A DNA stretch of 64,000 bases from Lama glama (lineage: Eukaryota): assembly GCA_028534125.1 (NCBI GenBank), contig CM052817.1, positions 96,722,001-96,786,000 on the forward strand, written 5' to 3'. Within the stretch, counting starts at the first letter, position 1; each line of letters opens with the position of its first letter. The notes under the pieces were generated by a model. It was not told where the DNA came from. It saw only the letters and a list, made by a program, of their open reading frames with translations, and ran no database searches. Positions 37,179 through 50,250 of this stretch are shown here, in pieces. A program made the translations under genes and the position numbers.

Positions 37179-38023
37179 TCTAGATGATCTCTAGGTACCA
37201 GTCCAAGTCTGAAATGCTATCATTTTTTAGATCTAAGATAATTGTCGTTTACCTAACTTGTCTTAATAACATCTGCTTAAGTGGCTAATTTTCATGGAAG
37301 CCGATATTCCTTAGGCAATTGTTGCATGTGGAACATTGTATGAAGTCTTTTGAGAGAAATGTAAAGGAAATAGAACATTGGCCCTAATCTCAAGGAAATG
37401 GTACAAGTCTCTCTCAATATTCAGGTGTCTAGGAAAGGAAGCCCAGCAATGCTGTAGGCCAATTACACTGGACCTCAGATTTGTGTTTTCTGTTCTAGGT
37501 AGCACTAAAATAAACAAAATGCTTACAGTAGAGATACAGCATGTGTTGAATATCAAGACTAGAAGTAAAACTAGATTAAAATCTATTATTCTTGACTAGT
37601 ACAATTTAGTTTTATTTCATTTCCAAAAAACTGTAAATAAGACAAAGTAATAGAAAACTAATTTTCAAATTTTAAAAAAAATCATTAATTTTACACTGTA
37701 ATTTACAACAGACCTTTGACTGGAAGCTTAAAGAAGCCACTTACCTACTATTTTTTCCTTCATTTGACTTACAGTACGGTGCTTATAGTTCACTGGCTAA
37801 ATTTTCTGTATATTTTAGCTTCTTCCTGGAGAGGAAGAAAATACTGTTCATACAGTCAAGGTGAATAAATAGTTTCAAGACTTCATCTATGGGACTCAAC
37901 ACATTCTGACATCCTTAATCCTTTTGGGTAGAAAGAGGAAGGCAAAAAGGACTAAAATACTCATTGTGGGGAAGAGTAAAACAGAAATTGGGAAAACAAA
38001 ATTAATCATATAAAATAAAGTGA

Positions 38024-38197
38024 GGGGAGGATATAGCTCAGGTGGTAGAGCACATGCTTAGCATGCACAAGGTCCTAGGTTCAATCTCCAGTACCTCCTC
38101 TAAAGATAAAGAAATAAACCTAATTACCTCCCCCCTCCAATAAATAAATAAATAATAAACTGAACAATTTTTAAAAAAGAATCAGCATTTTGAAAAA
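38024..38197 (+). mobile_element. tRNA-derived SINE (Vic-1-like)
   Basis: GGGGAGGATATAGCTCAGGTGGTAGAGC...GGTTCAATCTCCAGTACCTCC...AAACCTAATTACCTCCCCC plus an (AAAT)n tail. The 3' boundary is approximate. Confidence 0.9.
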
Positions 38198-38840
38198 TAA
38201 AATAAAAAGAACGGAGGGTTTGAGGGTAGGCAAAGTAAGGGATAATGAAGCTGATAATAGTTTCAGAGAACCAGTTACAGACTGGAGCTCTGATATGAAA
38301 ACAAATCATGCAATTTACGAGCTGGCAGAGAAGTTAGAGATGAGAAATATTGAACCAGAACTAGACGATTTGGCAGAGAAGGGAGAGCCCAGGCCCAAAG
38401 ATTCTCAACAGGGCTAGAGCTGGAAGCCAGAGTTTCTTACTTCCCCTTCAGTATGGTCCACCCTTCCCTCTTCTGAAACTTTAGTGGGTCAGTTGTTAAA
38501 ATGCACTTCATTCTTACATGAAGGATCACCATCTGGCTGGTGACTCAGACATCTTCAGCACGTCCTCCTCATTTAGTTTATGCCTCCGCTATCGGGAATT
38601 GTGAAGATTGATTTCCTAATGAATTTCTGTTATTAAATTATTCAAAATCATCTCACCCTTATTGTTTACTGTAACACATGAGCTTCAGCATCAATTCTAT
38701 TCTTTTTTCCCCAGAAGACACATATGGTATTATTGTCTTCATGCGGCATACCTTACCCATTTGGGTCATCATTTCCGTCAACACAAAGGATAATTGTGAC
38801 CACATGACACACTTTACAATGAAGAATTAACCCCAGTTCT

Positions 38841-38918
38841 TTTTTTTTTTTCCCATGGAGGTACCGGGGATTGAACCCTATGTTAAATACGCCCTCTACC
38901 ACTGAGCTATACCCTCCC
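38841..38918 (-). mobile_element. short tRNA-derived SINE (Vic-1-like, head only)
   Basis: Poly-T followed by the reverse-complement tRNA head. TSD TAACCCCAGTTCTT / TAACCCAAGTTCTT. Confidence 0.85.
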
Positions 38919-41900
38919 TTCCTAACCCAAGTTCTTAATTTTAAACATTAAATCAGTAAATAAGTTGCATGCTTTCAAATATGCCATTGGCTTTTGCTTT
39001 TTCCTGCTTTCATCCCCTTCCTGATAAGTTTTTTGGGGCTACTACCTAAATCTGTATGTGGAAATCTCTGCCAGTTTATTTTGTTTTGTTCTGCTTTGTT
39101 TTCGCCTGCATGTTTCTTTTAAGTAAGTCCTAGCATGTACTACCATAGATTGCTGATTGAAAAAAACTATAACGTTTTTTCAATGGGTCTTGTGTCTTAA
39201 CGGTGTGTCCAGGTGAGAGAACGTGCCTTCTCTAATTAGCTGTCTTTTCTCCATTCAGGAAAAGCCAGGGTTCATTCTTTCCAACGTAAATCTTCTCTCC
39301 ATTTATGAATTCAATCTTAAAGGACCGACACATTCATCTGGCACTATTCTGTGCAGTTTTGATATTGAGTGCTTCTAACTGTTCTTTTGTAAATAAGTTT
39401 TATTCTTCTCCATCGAATGATGCTTTGGTTTTAGGCATACAAAAAAAGTAGAAGCCTACAGTCCCATGATTCTAGATCAGCATCCTTAGCAAAGTTATCA
39501 GAGAGAGACGTTTCTTTTCATTCCCAGCCTTCAGGTGACTGACCCTATTGGAGATAATAAGCCCATATCCTGGATTTGGAACTTGGTTTTTAAACGTTTT
39601 TTTCATTTATTTTCTTTCTTTCTTTCTTTCTTTCTTTTTTTTTTCTGGTGATCTCTCCTTCACCTGGTTGGTATTAACATCTATGTATTTCAGTTTCTAA
39701 AAAGTTACAACCTTAGCAAAAACAGAAACACTGACCATTCAGTAGTGAAATATATGGGTAGCAGGTGGTAGCATCTCAAGGTTTCCAACCTAAGTGCAGA
39801 GGAGCTGGAGCTGTTTCTCAAAACCTGTCTCTTAACAGAAACTAACACTGAGGACCCGCGAAGGGTCAGGCCCGGTTCTGAGTGCTTTGCCTGGAATAAT
39901 TCATTTCAGACTCGCATCAGCCGTGTGGCGTGGGTTGTCGTCCCTCGGCAGCTGTCGCTCAGGCACAGGGCACGCGCGCGAGTCACGCAGGGCACCGGGC
40001 AGCCGGTTCCAGAGCGCGCTCTTCCCCGCTGTGCCTCGCCGCCGCCTTCTGTTCCGTTCCCACGGAAGGTTGCTTACAGCTTCTTTAGAAACCATCACAT
40101 CTGTTCTTCTGGGCACTCATTTCCGCGAGAATGGGGTCCTTTGTGCCTGTGGGGTCTGCCACCACCCTGCACCTGGTGACCTGGGTGACCCTCCTTCACA
40201 ATCTCACTGGAAAACAAACAAAAAGCAGAGACTGATAACCACCGGCCATGCAAAGAGCTCACATGTCCGGATACTTAATTCTGAGAAGCGCTTTCTAGGG
40301 ATGGACTCTTCTGTTGTCCACAGTGACCCACTGAAGTCGCTGCCATCACCGTTTCCATTTTCTAGAGGAGGAAACTGAGAAGCCACGAGGTTAACCAATG
40401 TGCCAAGGCCACGTGCTCTGGAACATTCTGGAACACAGCAGAGCTGGGATTCGGTCCAACCCCGGAAGTCGAGCTTCGGGGCCACACCCTTGACTCCGCC
40501 AAGCCGCTTGCTTTCAGTAAAAGGAGTGCTTCTCCGTCCCCCGGGGTCGCTGAGGGCAGCCGGCGCCGGAGTCAAGAACATCTGTGGATTTCCTGCTCTG
40601 CCCCGCGTCTGCCGCGCTCTCCAAATCCTTGTGCTGGTCGGGGGTCGTGAGGAGCCGGTCAGAGGAAGAAGTGGATGGACAGGGTCGAAGCTGCGGGTTT
40701 TCTTTTATTTATTTGATTTGACTTCTACGAAAGCTCTGCCTCACTTCTGAAGCCATTAAAGCTAAGGAAAGAGCGAAACTCATTTCAGTCGCACAAAGTG
40801 ATTTACTGGGTTTATTGTAACCAATTGGAGATTTGCAGCCAGAAAACATGTTCCCATGGAAAGACTGTGCTGGCCATTACAGGTTTTATTCCCATCTCAG
40901 TCTACTGTCAGAAGATGTAGAGCATCTGTACTACAGATTCGACTGTGTACCAACTTCTACATCCCAGCCCCTCCCCCAGAAAGAAAGAAAACTTCAGAAC
41001 CTGACTTTCTGAAGACTGGTACCTGGTCCATCATGTCCAATTTCAAGTGACCCTTCAATAATCCTCACTGAGGGGAAGAGAACATTTTATTTACTTTGAG
41101 GTTTTCAGTTGTTACCGACTGTACTCATAAAATGGCCCATGCCTTCCTCGGATGGGTGATGTGAGATGAAGGGGAAGTGGAGAAGCCTTCATCCCCACCG
41201 GATGGGCTGGAAGGAAACTTAGCACGAAGAAAAACGCACCACTGGTTTTATTTATCCCATTATTAAGACTCCATGACAGTAACAAAGATAATGTCCAAGT
41301 TATGGCATCCACATCTGGAAGGCATAAAAAGGGGTAAATTCATATTATCCTTTCTTTCATTGTCATGAAGAATTGGTACAGTTCAGTTTATGATTAGAAA
41401 TTACAGCATTCAAAATAACTAACATTTATGCAATGTGTGTTTAGTGTATGAATTATTTCGTAAGCACTGACCCACGTGAGCATCCCCAGATGGACACTGT
41501 ACCACTGTGGCAGGTCTGAGGACCACCCCACATAGCAAATACAGGAATGAGATCTACAGTGGGTAAGTGACTTACCCACAGTCACAGTTAGTGACAGGTA
41601 AATCTTGTACTTGAACTTTTATGAATTGACAGTCTAACTTGGGTTTAGGGAAAGAACCTCCTTAGTTCATAGCACCAAGCTGGTGAGGCCTAGGACATGA
41701 GGCTACAACATGAGGGTCAAGCATCCCAGTTAGGTCGTCGCCTGCTCTTGGACTGCACCTTTCTGCATGGATGCCTTTAGGGGATATTGGGGTGAAAGGG
41801 ATGCAGGCTGCATGGCCCCAAACCATTCTGATGTGTATTTCTTGTGTCTGTATTAAAACTATTTTCTGCTCTTGCTGAACCATCTGGCTGTTAGCTATCT

Positions 41901-41939
41901 ATCTATCTCTGTTTTTTGGCTGATCATGGTATCCCTAGA

Positions 41940-42497
41940 GCAGTGGTTCTTGAAGTGTGGTTGGTTGGCCATCCTCATCACCTGGGACTCATTAGAAATG
42001 CAGATTCTCAGGCCCCATCTCTGACCTACTGAATCAGAAACTCTGGGGGTGGGGTCCAGTGATGTGGTTTAAGAAGCCCTCCAGATGGTTCCAACACTGC
42101 TAAAAGAGTGATTCACAACCTTGGCTGTACATTGGAATCACCTGGGAGCTTTAAAAACTACTGGGCTTGTGTCCCACGTCCAGAGATTCTGATTTAATTG
42201 GCCCAGGATGGGGTTTTCAGTCTCAGCACTATTGATATTTGGGGCTGGATAATTGTTCATCAGAGGGCCTGGCCTGTGCATTGCAAGATGTTTACCAACA
42301 TCCCTGGCCTCTTCTTACCCACTAGAGCCTCCCAACAAGTCGTAATAACCAAAAATGTCTCCAGATGTTGCCAAATGTCCCTGGCGGACAGAATCACCCC
42401 CGATGAAGAGCTCTTGTCTCAGGGCATGGCCTGGACACTGGGATTTTCAAACGCTCCCTCAGTCATTCTAATGTACAGCCAAGTCTGAGAACTGTTA
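41940..42497. mobile_element. hAT-Charlie cluster: MER5A, then MER5B interrupted by MER20
   Basis: MER5A motif GACCTACTGAATCAGAAACTCTGGGGGTGGGG (~41940-42100). MER5B halves at ~42105-42205 and ~42417-42497. MER20 motifs GGGGCTGGATAATT and AAAAATGTCTCCAGATGTTGCCAAATGTCCC in between. Confidence 0.8.
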
Positions 42498-45400
42498 CAC
42501 TGGAGGGTTCCTACTAACGATCAGCTTTGGATGTACAAGGGACAAAAAACAGAACAACTGAAAAAGAACAATAAAACTGGGTGTAAAGTGGAAACAACTC
42601 AACCTGTAGGGAAGGCTCAGGCAGCTTGCCCATGAGTAAAGCATGCGAGATTTAGGGTATAAATTTCACATCAACCATTTGACACCTTACGTTTTTGCTT
42701 ACTTTCTGGTTGTCAGATGTGTCCTGGAAAACTGACACCAATAGGTACATCGCACAGATCTAAAAGGTCCCAACCAAGTAGACACTGCTTTGTACTAAAT
42801 ATAGTGGTGGCCAGACATCCTGCTTTGGGATCAAGTCATTCTGAAAACAGGATGCTTGTCAGTGTATCGTGTGAGACAAGTCCTTATGTAAATCTATTTT
42901 GATTAAAAAAATATATACAGCCTGTCAACTTCATGATGCTGATTTTGACAGAATCCAAATCAGCCACACAAATACAGAATTTCATCCTTAATTTGTGCCA
43001 TTTATTATACTTGAGTTTTCAGGTGGAGATCAGGAACTTTAGTTTCAACTGAAGAAAAGTCCCCTAGGCTAGAATCATGGCAAGTGTCCTAGAGCAAACT
43101 CCACCTTCAGCAGGTTGCCCTGTGCTGCCTCGGTTGCTTTGTGTGTCCCTCTAGCATCCACTTGAGAGCTTGACTGAACCACAGGAGGGGCGTCACCTCC
43201 AGGTGCCTGCTCTGTAGCTCTTAGCAAGCTGGACAGTCTCATCACTGCACCAAATGAGGAGTCTCCAGGCAGAGTTTGGCAGCCCCTTTTCTCGCAGATT
43301 CTTGATAGAACTGTAGTCTCCCACCTCCTCCAATAACTAGTTGGCAGGTGCATTGTTTGTTTCAACATAAAAGAGTAGAAACACTACTTTCGGATATTGT
43401 TAAATGACTTTAAAATAGAAAGTAAATTATAAGATGAATGTGTTTTCTGGGGAAAAATTTGTCTTAGTCTAATTTCAAAGTGTGAAAATATTTCCCAATA
43501 TTAATGAGCTGAACTCATTAATTCATTCAGCACTTACTATGTACTAGGGACTCTGTAATGCCCTTGGAAGTTATAAATATGAGGGTTACATAATAGCACA
43601 GACCCTTTCATGGCAATAATAAGCTGTTACTGCTCCAAGGTGCCAGATTACCCTTAAACTAATCTGACTTGTTAGTTTATCAGACTAGCTTGGTTTTTCT
43701 TCCACTGAATTGATAATAGCTTGTTAACATTAGTGAAATCAACTAAGTTCTTCTGCCATGGTCTGGTTATGCTAAACAGTTCTTTATCTTTTCCTATTCC
43801 ACTCTAAATTGTTTCCTCCACATGCTTTTAAAAATCAAAACCTTTTCTTTAGGCAATAGAAAAGAAATCTGCTTCCCAGAAAACTGCTCTAGGAAAAAAG
43901 ATCATAAAAGATGGTTAAAGGTATTATTTCCATATATTCTCAGTTGTTCAAAAAAAAAAAAGGATCTGCTTTTATGTACACAAGAGATTTTCTAAAAGAA
44001 AACACAATTTACAATTAACAGTGGTTGCCCTGGGGCAGGGAATTAAGGGGCTTTGAATGGAAGGCAGACTTGCTTTTCATTATATAAGTTTTTATACAGC
44101 CTAATCTTTATTATTTTATATATTGTATTTCCCATTTTTAAACACTAATAAATAACAGAAAGGATGCATTTCCAGTAATCTTTCATTAGCTCCAAAATGC
44201 CTCTTCCAAATAAGAGAAAAACAAATGAGCTCTACTCTATGCCTCTTTGATGCCTTCCTATTGTATATGTTTTCTTGTTAAGACAGAGTGAGCTGAAAAG
44301 AGTCTTTGAATCTGATTACTCCAACATTGTTTCCATGAAAGAGGTTAACAAGCAAGTCCTGCTTAAGATTGGGTAGTTAAGCAGGGCCTCTTTGAGAAAG
44401 CCGGCTTTAATCAGAAAGAGGCGAAGTTGCCTGCAGGCAGGGACCTAATTTCCTGCTGGCAGCATGAGAACAGTTACTGTCCACACATCCCTTCAGAATG
44501 AAGCGGACATAGGTCAGGGAGGTCTACACCGTGATTGTACCTAAAAATTGCCCCCAATGATTTCTTTCATTCTCCTTTGTGTATAATTCCCAAGAAGAAT
44601 CAATGCTGGCAAAGAAGAAGAAAAAGAACAATAAAAATAACCAAACACCTATTTGTGTCAAAGAAAGACAATTCTGTGATCACCAATTTCATAATAACTT
44701 CCCCAGAGTCCTTCCATTACACCTACTCCTAATTAAAAGTTTAAGCAAACATGAAAAAGGAAAAAAAATTTCAATTGAGATTGCAAAGACCTGAAACAAC
44801 ACATATTTAGTTGTGGGTTTTCTAGATCATTTTTCTTAGCACTTGTTACTTAGACCTTCACAGGATTTCAGAGTCTCCCTTGATAAGCCAGAAACACCCT
44901 TTTCTTTTCTCTCACTATTGGATGAGTGAATTGGGAAATCCATCCATGTGGATTTCAGGATCCTCTGTCTCCGGGAATGAACCATAACTGGTTGTTCAAC
45001 TGTTGCAAAGAACATCCTGCAACAGTCCCAACACATTTTAATTACATCTTTCTAGTCTTTAGTGGAGAATTACAGTTCTGGAACAAAATACTAAACTCTC
45101 ATTTTATAAAAAGTAATTTTTCAAGTTTTCTTTTCTTTATAGAGGGTGATTCATCCCAGAAATAATGTTTTATGTCTTTACTTGCATCAAACATTAATAA
45201 CTAGCAATCAGCAGTGGTATAACTATTTTTTAGTTTCATGAAAACTGTCAGAGTTTAGGGCAGCGTTTTTGTGAAGAGCCCACTGGTTGTCCTTGGACAA
45301 AAGTTTATGTGGAAATTCTGAGAAGACACCAACCATGACTGGTTAGAGTGAGAGGAAAAAGAGGCAGAATTGGATTGAAGAAAAAGGTCTTTTAGAAGAA

Positions 45401-46429
45401 TTACTCAAAAGAAAAGGAAATATGTTTGAAAGCCAAAAAGAGAGAACATCTGAAATTAAGTCATAAAGGGTCTTAGCCATAAAAATACAATTCTAGAGAG
45501 TCCTGTGTTACTAAATTCTCAAAATGTATAGATTCTGATTTTCTGTTTCTGGGGTACTGATTTTCTCATCCTTTTTCCATGGACTCACGTTAATGAGCAC
45601 GTCAACCATGGAAATAAACCTCATGCAACCTTTAGACACGGCAGAATGAAATTGGAAGGTCAACTTAGAGTTACTATGGCAATAGGCACTTTGCAAAAAA
45701 AGACAGCCAGAGAAATTTGTCAAGTTAGTACAGTATTATTTCCTATTAAGTAGAGTAAGTTTAAATTCTAAGTCACTGAGCAAAAATGAGAAAGGAAATC
45801 AATACCATTGTACTCTTGAAAAGGCATCATATATTCAGCAGGGACTTCCTTCGATCTTTTAGGTAACTGAGTTATTATTTAAGTCCATGATTCTAGTGCA
45901 ATACCTAATTAGGTAAATAACCAGCAACTCACAGAAGATTAACGTTCTTGCTACTTACCACAGCCACTGGAGGGTACTCACCCTCTCCTTGGAAAAACAA
46001 ATTTAAATTGTCAACATGGAAGAATTGATGTTCCTGCAAATGCTACAAACAGATCACAGTAACCACATTTTCCTCTACGATAAGGGAATTCTGAGCCCAA
46101 ATCAAGATAGGCTACTGGTATCACACCTGCAGAAGCAGTGGCAGCCCGTTAAGCATGGAGGAAAAGTAAGTTCCAAGTGGCTTTAGGTGATAACCAGCTG
46201 GCAAAGTCAGTACCTCCTAAACCACGTTTTCCTGGTGTTCTCCCTAACACCTTGTTCAGAGATTTGGCTCTTTGTCAGGAGTTAATAGAATCTCCCAATG
46301 GCACGAGTTGAAAATGACTCACGTTACTCATGGTTTCCTAAGAATTGATCAGAAATGACTGCCTGCTTCTTGGTTAAGCTGTCATCCAAACCCCCAACTG
46401 TTGCTCCTCTTTGCCGGAGAGCCCATGGG

Positions 46430-46812
46430 GCATGGGAGAGGGAGGGAGAGGGAAAGAGGAAGGAAGAGAGAGAGAGAGAGACAGAGAGAGACAGAGAGAG
46501 GTGGGGTTGTTAGTTTTTATGGGCTCTAACTTCATATGCTAACAAGTGGGAGGACTATTCCAACTACTTTGGGGAAGGGGCTCGGATTCCCAGGAATTGG
46601 GCCGTCGCCTACTTTCTGGCCTTTTGTGGTCAGCCTTGAAACTGTTGTGACTGGCATGGCACCTGGGGAAGTACCATTTAACATGCTATTATATTTTAAT
46701 GAGCGTATATTGAAGCTCAAGGTCTACTGGGAGTTGCATCTTCTGCATCTTGGTGCTGATTGCTGTGTCATTCTTTTAATGATTGTGCCCTACCCTCTTC
46801 CTTCCTATCTCA
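46430..46812 (-). mobile_element. ERV1 LTR, MER41-like
   Basis: The minus strand starts TGAGATAGGAAGG at 46812. The body (GTGGGAGGACTATTCCAACTA, AATGAGCGTATA, GCTCAAGGTCTA, CATCTTGG) resembles cetartiodactyl MER41-type LTRs as recalled. The left boundary is obscured by a GA-rich tract. Confidence 0.65.
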
Positions 46813-47015
46813 ATGCTCCACATCTTTCAGGATTAAAAAATTGCTGAGAATTTAAAATATGAAAAAAAAATTAATGGTGATAATACTCTACTGCTACCAC
46901 ACTAACTGAAAAGGATGATGAACGATAAAACGTAGATGTTCAGAAGCCTGATTAGAAGTGTAAACGTCGGTGTATCCTGTGCTTGCCATTTCTTACTCGC
47001 TGTCTCCTTTTTCAG

Positions 47016-47143
47016 CTGCTGGCTGGCCGCTGGCCTTTTGATCACAATGACTTTGGCGTATTTCTCTGCAAGTTGTTCCCCTTTTTGCAGAAGTCCTCAG
47101 TGGGGATCACCGTCCTCAACCTCTGTGCGCTCAGCGTTGACAG
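47016..47143 (+). CDS. EDNRA: Endothelin receptor type A, exon 3 (ECL1, TM3)
   Basis: Acceptor CTCCTTTTTCAG. Reads [42 protein letters not shown](R). 128 nt, donor CAG|GTAACC, phase 2. This frame is not in the supplied ORF track. Confidence 0.97.
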
Positions 47144-48787
47144 GTAACCTGGTTCTTGCCCTCCATTGTTTTGTTGGGTTTAGAAAAGCATTTTTCTCAG
47201 AATGAAGTCAAGGAGCCTTGAGAATTGGTGCCGAGGACAGTTGCTCATTAGTTCCAAGTAATTAAAATATGAACAATCTTGCTCTACTGTTTAGATTTGC
47301 TTTATGCAGTTGCTGGTTACTAGCCATCTTTGGTTCAGGCAATTTCTGTCTAGAGCATTTCGCCAACTATATCCATCCGGCATCTCTGTGGCAACAAAGG
47401 AAAAATGAACATGTTAGATGGAGAGAACTTTGAAAAAGGAAATTCTAGGACATCCATATCCTGTATTTTCAATGGTAGATTTCTCATTTTAAAAAAAAGA
47501 AGAAAACTATTCAATCATATTTATAACGCTGACTACTTAAACTGAGTGGTGAGAGCTCAGTATTGTAATGTTCTCTATGCTTTTTTGAATATGTGAAATG
47601 CTTCCTAATTTTTAAAAAGTGGACAACACAAGTACCCCTTGATCCAGCTCTGAAAAACCCATCAAGTGTCTCTAAGTCTTTCCAGAATTCTCCTCACACG
47701 TGGATGTCAAGACTTCTCTAAATAAGTCCTTCTGAATTCCACAAGCTTCTAGATGGTTCTTTGTATACCTCCTAATTTTTGTAGCAGGAATGATAAAAAA
47801 TGGAGCTAGGAACTCTAACGCATTTTGTAGTGCTCTTTTATATTGAATATAATCCTTTGCAAATACTGTTTAATGTCCTATTTAACGGTTTACCTACAGT
47901 TTAGAAGAGGTGTTCACTTTTCCTTTCACACTCTGACAATCACTTTATTAGAGCACTTGAGTCCCATAATTGTAGATATAAAGACCCATTTTCTTAAAGA
48001 AAATTTAAGTCTTTACAGACATTCTGTTATTTATCACTTACAATTAATTTTCAGGACCAAAACTGTTATAGTTAAAACATAAAAACACTCATCCCTTGGG
48101 TAGTAGAAAATTATAATGGTATCCTTGTTGTAAATGTGTGATTCTAATGATTGTGAAACAGCAAAATGGTTAGTAGTGTTATTAAAGATATATTTATTGC
48201 TGAAATTAAAACAAAAATAATTCCATTAGCAGTTTAAACTGTAGTGATGCTGTTGACAGAAATGCCACCACCGCAGTGGTAAACACAAAGAAATAATTTC
48301 ATCACCTATTAGTAAGGATTCTCAGTGATTCCCAGGAAAACCTGACGTCTACATAGGTTTCTTTTGCATCAAATCAGATGTTCAGGGCTGTTGCATAAAA
48401 ACATTTACATATCGTAGGTGGCCATGAATCACTTCCACTTGACAGATAATAAACTATGTTACTTGTGGCCATGCCCTAAAAAAAAAAAAAAGGAAATCTT
48501 TTATAATCTGGATTTTATTCATTAACAACTTCACACTGCTTTTCTCACCCTAGCACCCCAATAGCGTCATTTCTTCTTGTAGCCAAAGTATTGTATTATC
48601 TAAAAATCAAAGCCATTAAATTACATCTATTACATTACTAACACATGTAAAAATGTTTTCCTGCATTTATCAAATTGTATATTTAGAGATGTAACTATGT
48701 ATTCTCATTACAATATCCAATTAAAATTTTTAATTATAATATACCTTTAAAATCCATGTGAGGAGAAGAAATAAAATAATTATGACA

Positions 48788-48950
48788 GGGGTAGGGTGTA
48801 GCTCAGTGGTAGAGTGCAGGCTTACCATGCACAAGGTCCTGGGTTCAATCCCCACTACCTCCACCAAAAAAAAAATAATAATTAATTAATTAATTAATTT
48901 AAAAATAAATAAGTAAACCTAATTACCCCTCCCAAAAAAAACCAAAAAAG
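48788..48950 (+). mobile_element. tRNA-derived SINE (Vic-1-like)
   Basis: Full head plus tail. TSD AAAATAAT(T/C)ATGACA at 48773-48787 and 48951-48965. Confidence 0.9.
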
Positions 48951-48999
48951 AAAATAATCATGACAATTTTAAAAAGAATTCTGTTTCCTATATGCATGG

Positions 49000-50250
49000 T
49001 CTTCCTATGATATTTTTAAATGTTATAAAGCTACAGTTTTAAAACAGTGTGGTCCACGCACATAAATACACTGCCATGTCAATGGGAAAGACAAACAGGT
49101 GTTAGAGTGTACAGGAACAGAGTATAGGCTGAAATCACTTTCATTGTAATGAGGAAGGGAAAGATTCATCAATAAATAGTGCTATTTACCATGTGGAGGG
49201 AAAAACGTGTTAAACTCTTATCTTGTACTATATATCAAAAATAATAATGTTTATAATTGTTACCATTTATTGTGCATTAGTATGTACCAGACCCCATTAA
49301 ACATACTTTCCAGGCATTATTTTATCGTTACAGCAACACCTGTGATAATTGGTGCATAATTGTTCCCTTTTTACAGACGAAGAAGCTGAGGTTGAAAGAA
49401 GTTAATCAAGGCTACTCAGCTTCTAAGTTCTGGAGCCAGTAATCAAATAAAAGTTGCCTGTGTTCCTACCCACTATGCTCAAGCATGCAAAAACTCAAAC
49501 TGTAAAGCAATAGAAGAAAATAGACTACTATCTTTTTGATTTCTAGAAAAAAGAAGACTTTTTGAACTTAAAAAGGATGGTAGAAATTCTGAATGAAACT
49601 ATACATGTATTTTGGGACATGGAATTTTAAAACATTAAGATCAAACATTCATAAAATTAGAAAACAAAGCAAGAGATTGGGGAAAATATTTGCAGCAAAA
49701 CTACAACCTGTTAATATTCATGGTATTTAAAGAGGTCACGCAAATAGTAATTAAATCTTAAGACTTCCTTATAAAAAGGGCATGAAGGGGGTTATAGCTC
49801 AATGGTAGATCGCATGCTTACATGCACAAGGTCCTGGGTTCTATCCCCACTACCTCCATTAAAAAGAGGGAGACATGAATATAAAAATCACCAAAGAAGA
49901 AATCAAAATGACTAATTAACATATGAATAATGTTCATATAATCAAAGAAATTCATATTAAAAAGCATGTTTTTCAATATCTGGTGGTGGTAGAGATTGGA
50001 ACAGCCCTTCCAGAAAGTAAAGTTCTACATATGTGTTTGCCTTCTGACCCAGTAATTACAGTTTTTAGGATCAATTCTAAGGAAACAATCCAAAATTTGA
50101 ACAAAGAATTCTTGTGCAAAGATGTTCTACAAGTTCATTTACAGAAAACGTTGAAAGCAACCTTGTATTAATTAGGGAAATGGATAAGGATGTTAAATAT
50201 AATTTGTATGTATGGGTATATGAATTTAAAATTCCTTGAAAGAAATTGTT
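49000..50250 (+). mobile_element. very old L1 ORF2 remnants with nested MIR (~49250-49480) and SINE
   Basis: Degenerate motifs TTCATCAATAAATAGTGCT, GATTGGGGAAAATATTTGCA and CCTTCTGACCCAGTAATT. Confidence 0.6.
49787..49865 (+). mobile_element. short tRNA-derived SINE nested in an old L1
   Basis: GGGGGTTATAGCTCAATGGTAGA...GGTCCTGGGTTCTATCCCCACTACCTCC, flanked by degenerate CATGAA repeats. Confidence 0.85.

Noticed and set aside
39887..40750. ORFs of 116-163 aa in the intronic GC-rich patch
   Set aside because: No recognisable domain, near-cognate starts for some, partly MIR-derived, and explained by GC content.
44356..44387. Hairpin CCTGCTTAA-N10-TTAAGCAGG (and TGCCACTTC-N8-GAAGTGGCA at 54488-54513)
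   Set aside because: Stems of 9-11 bp are too short for a pre-miRNA, and several are expected by chance in 64 kb.
46936..47205. ORF 46936..47205 (and 58710..59114) overlapping EDNRA exons
   Set aside because: Both are out of frame with the conserved receptor reading frame. They are shadow ORFs with no independent support.
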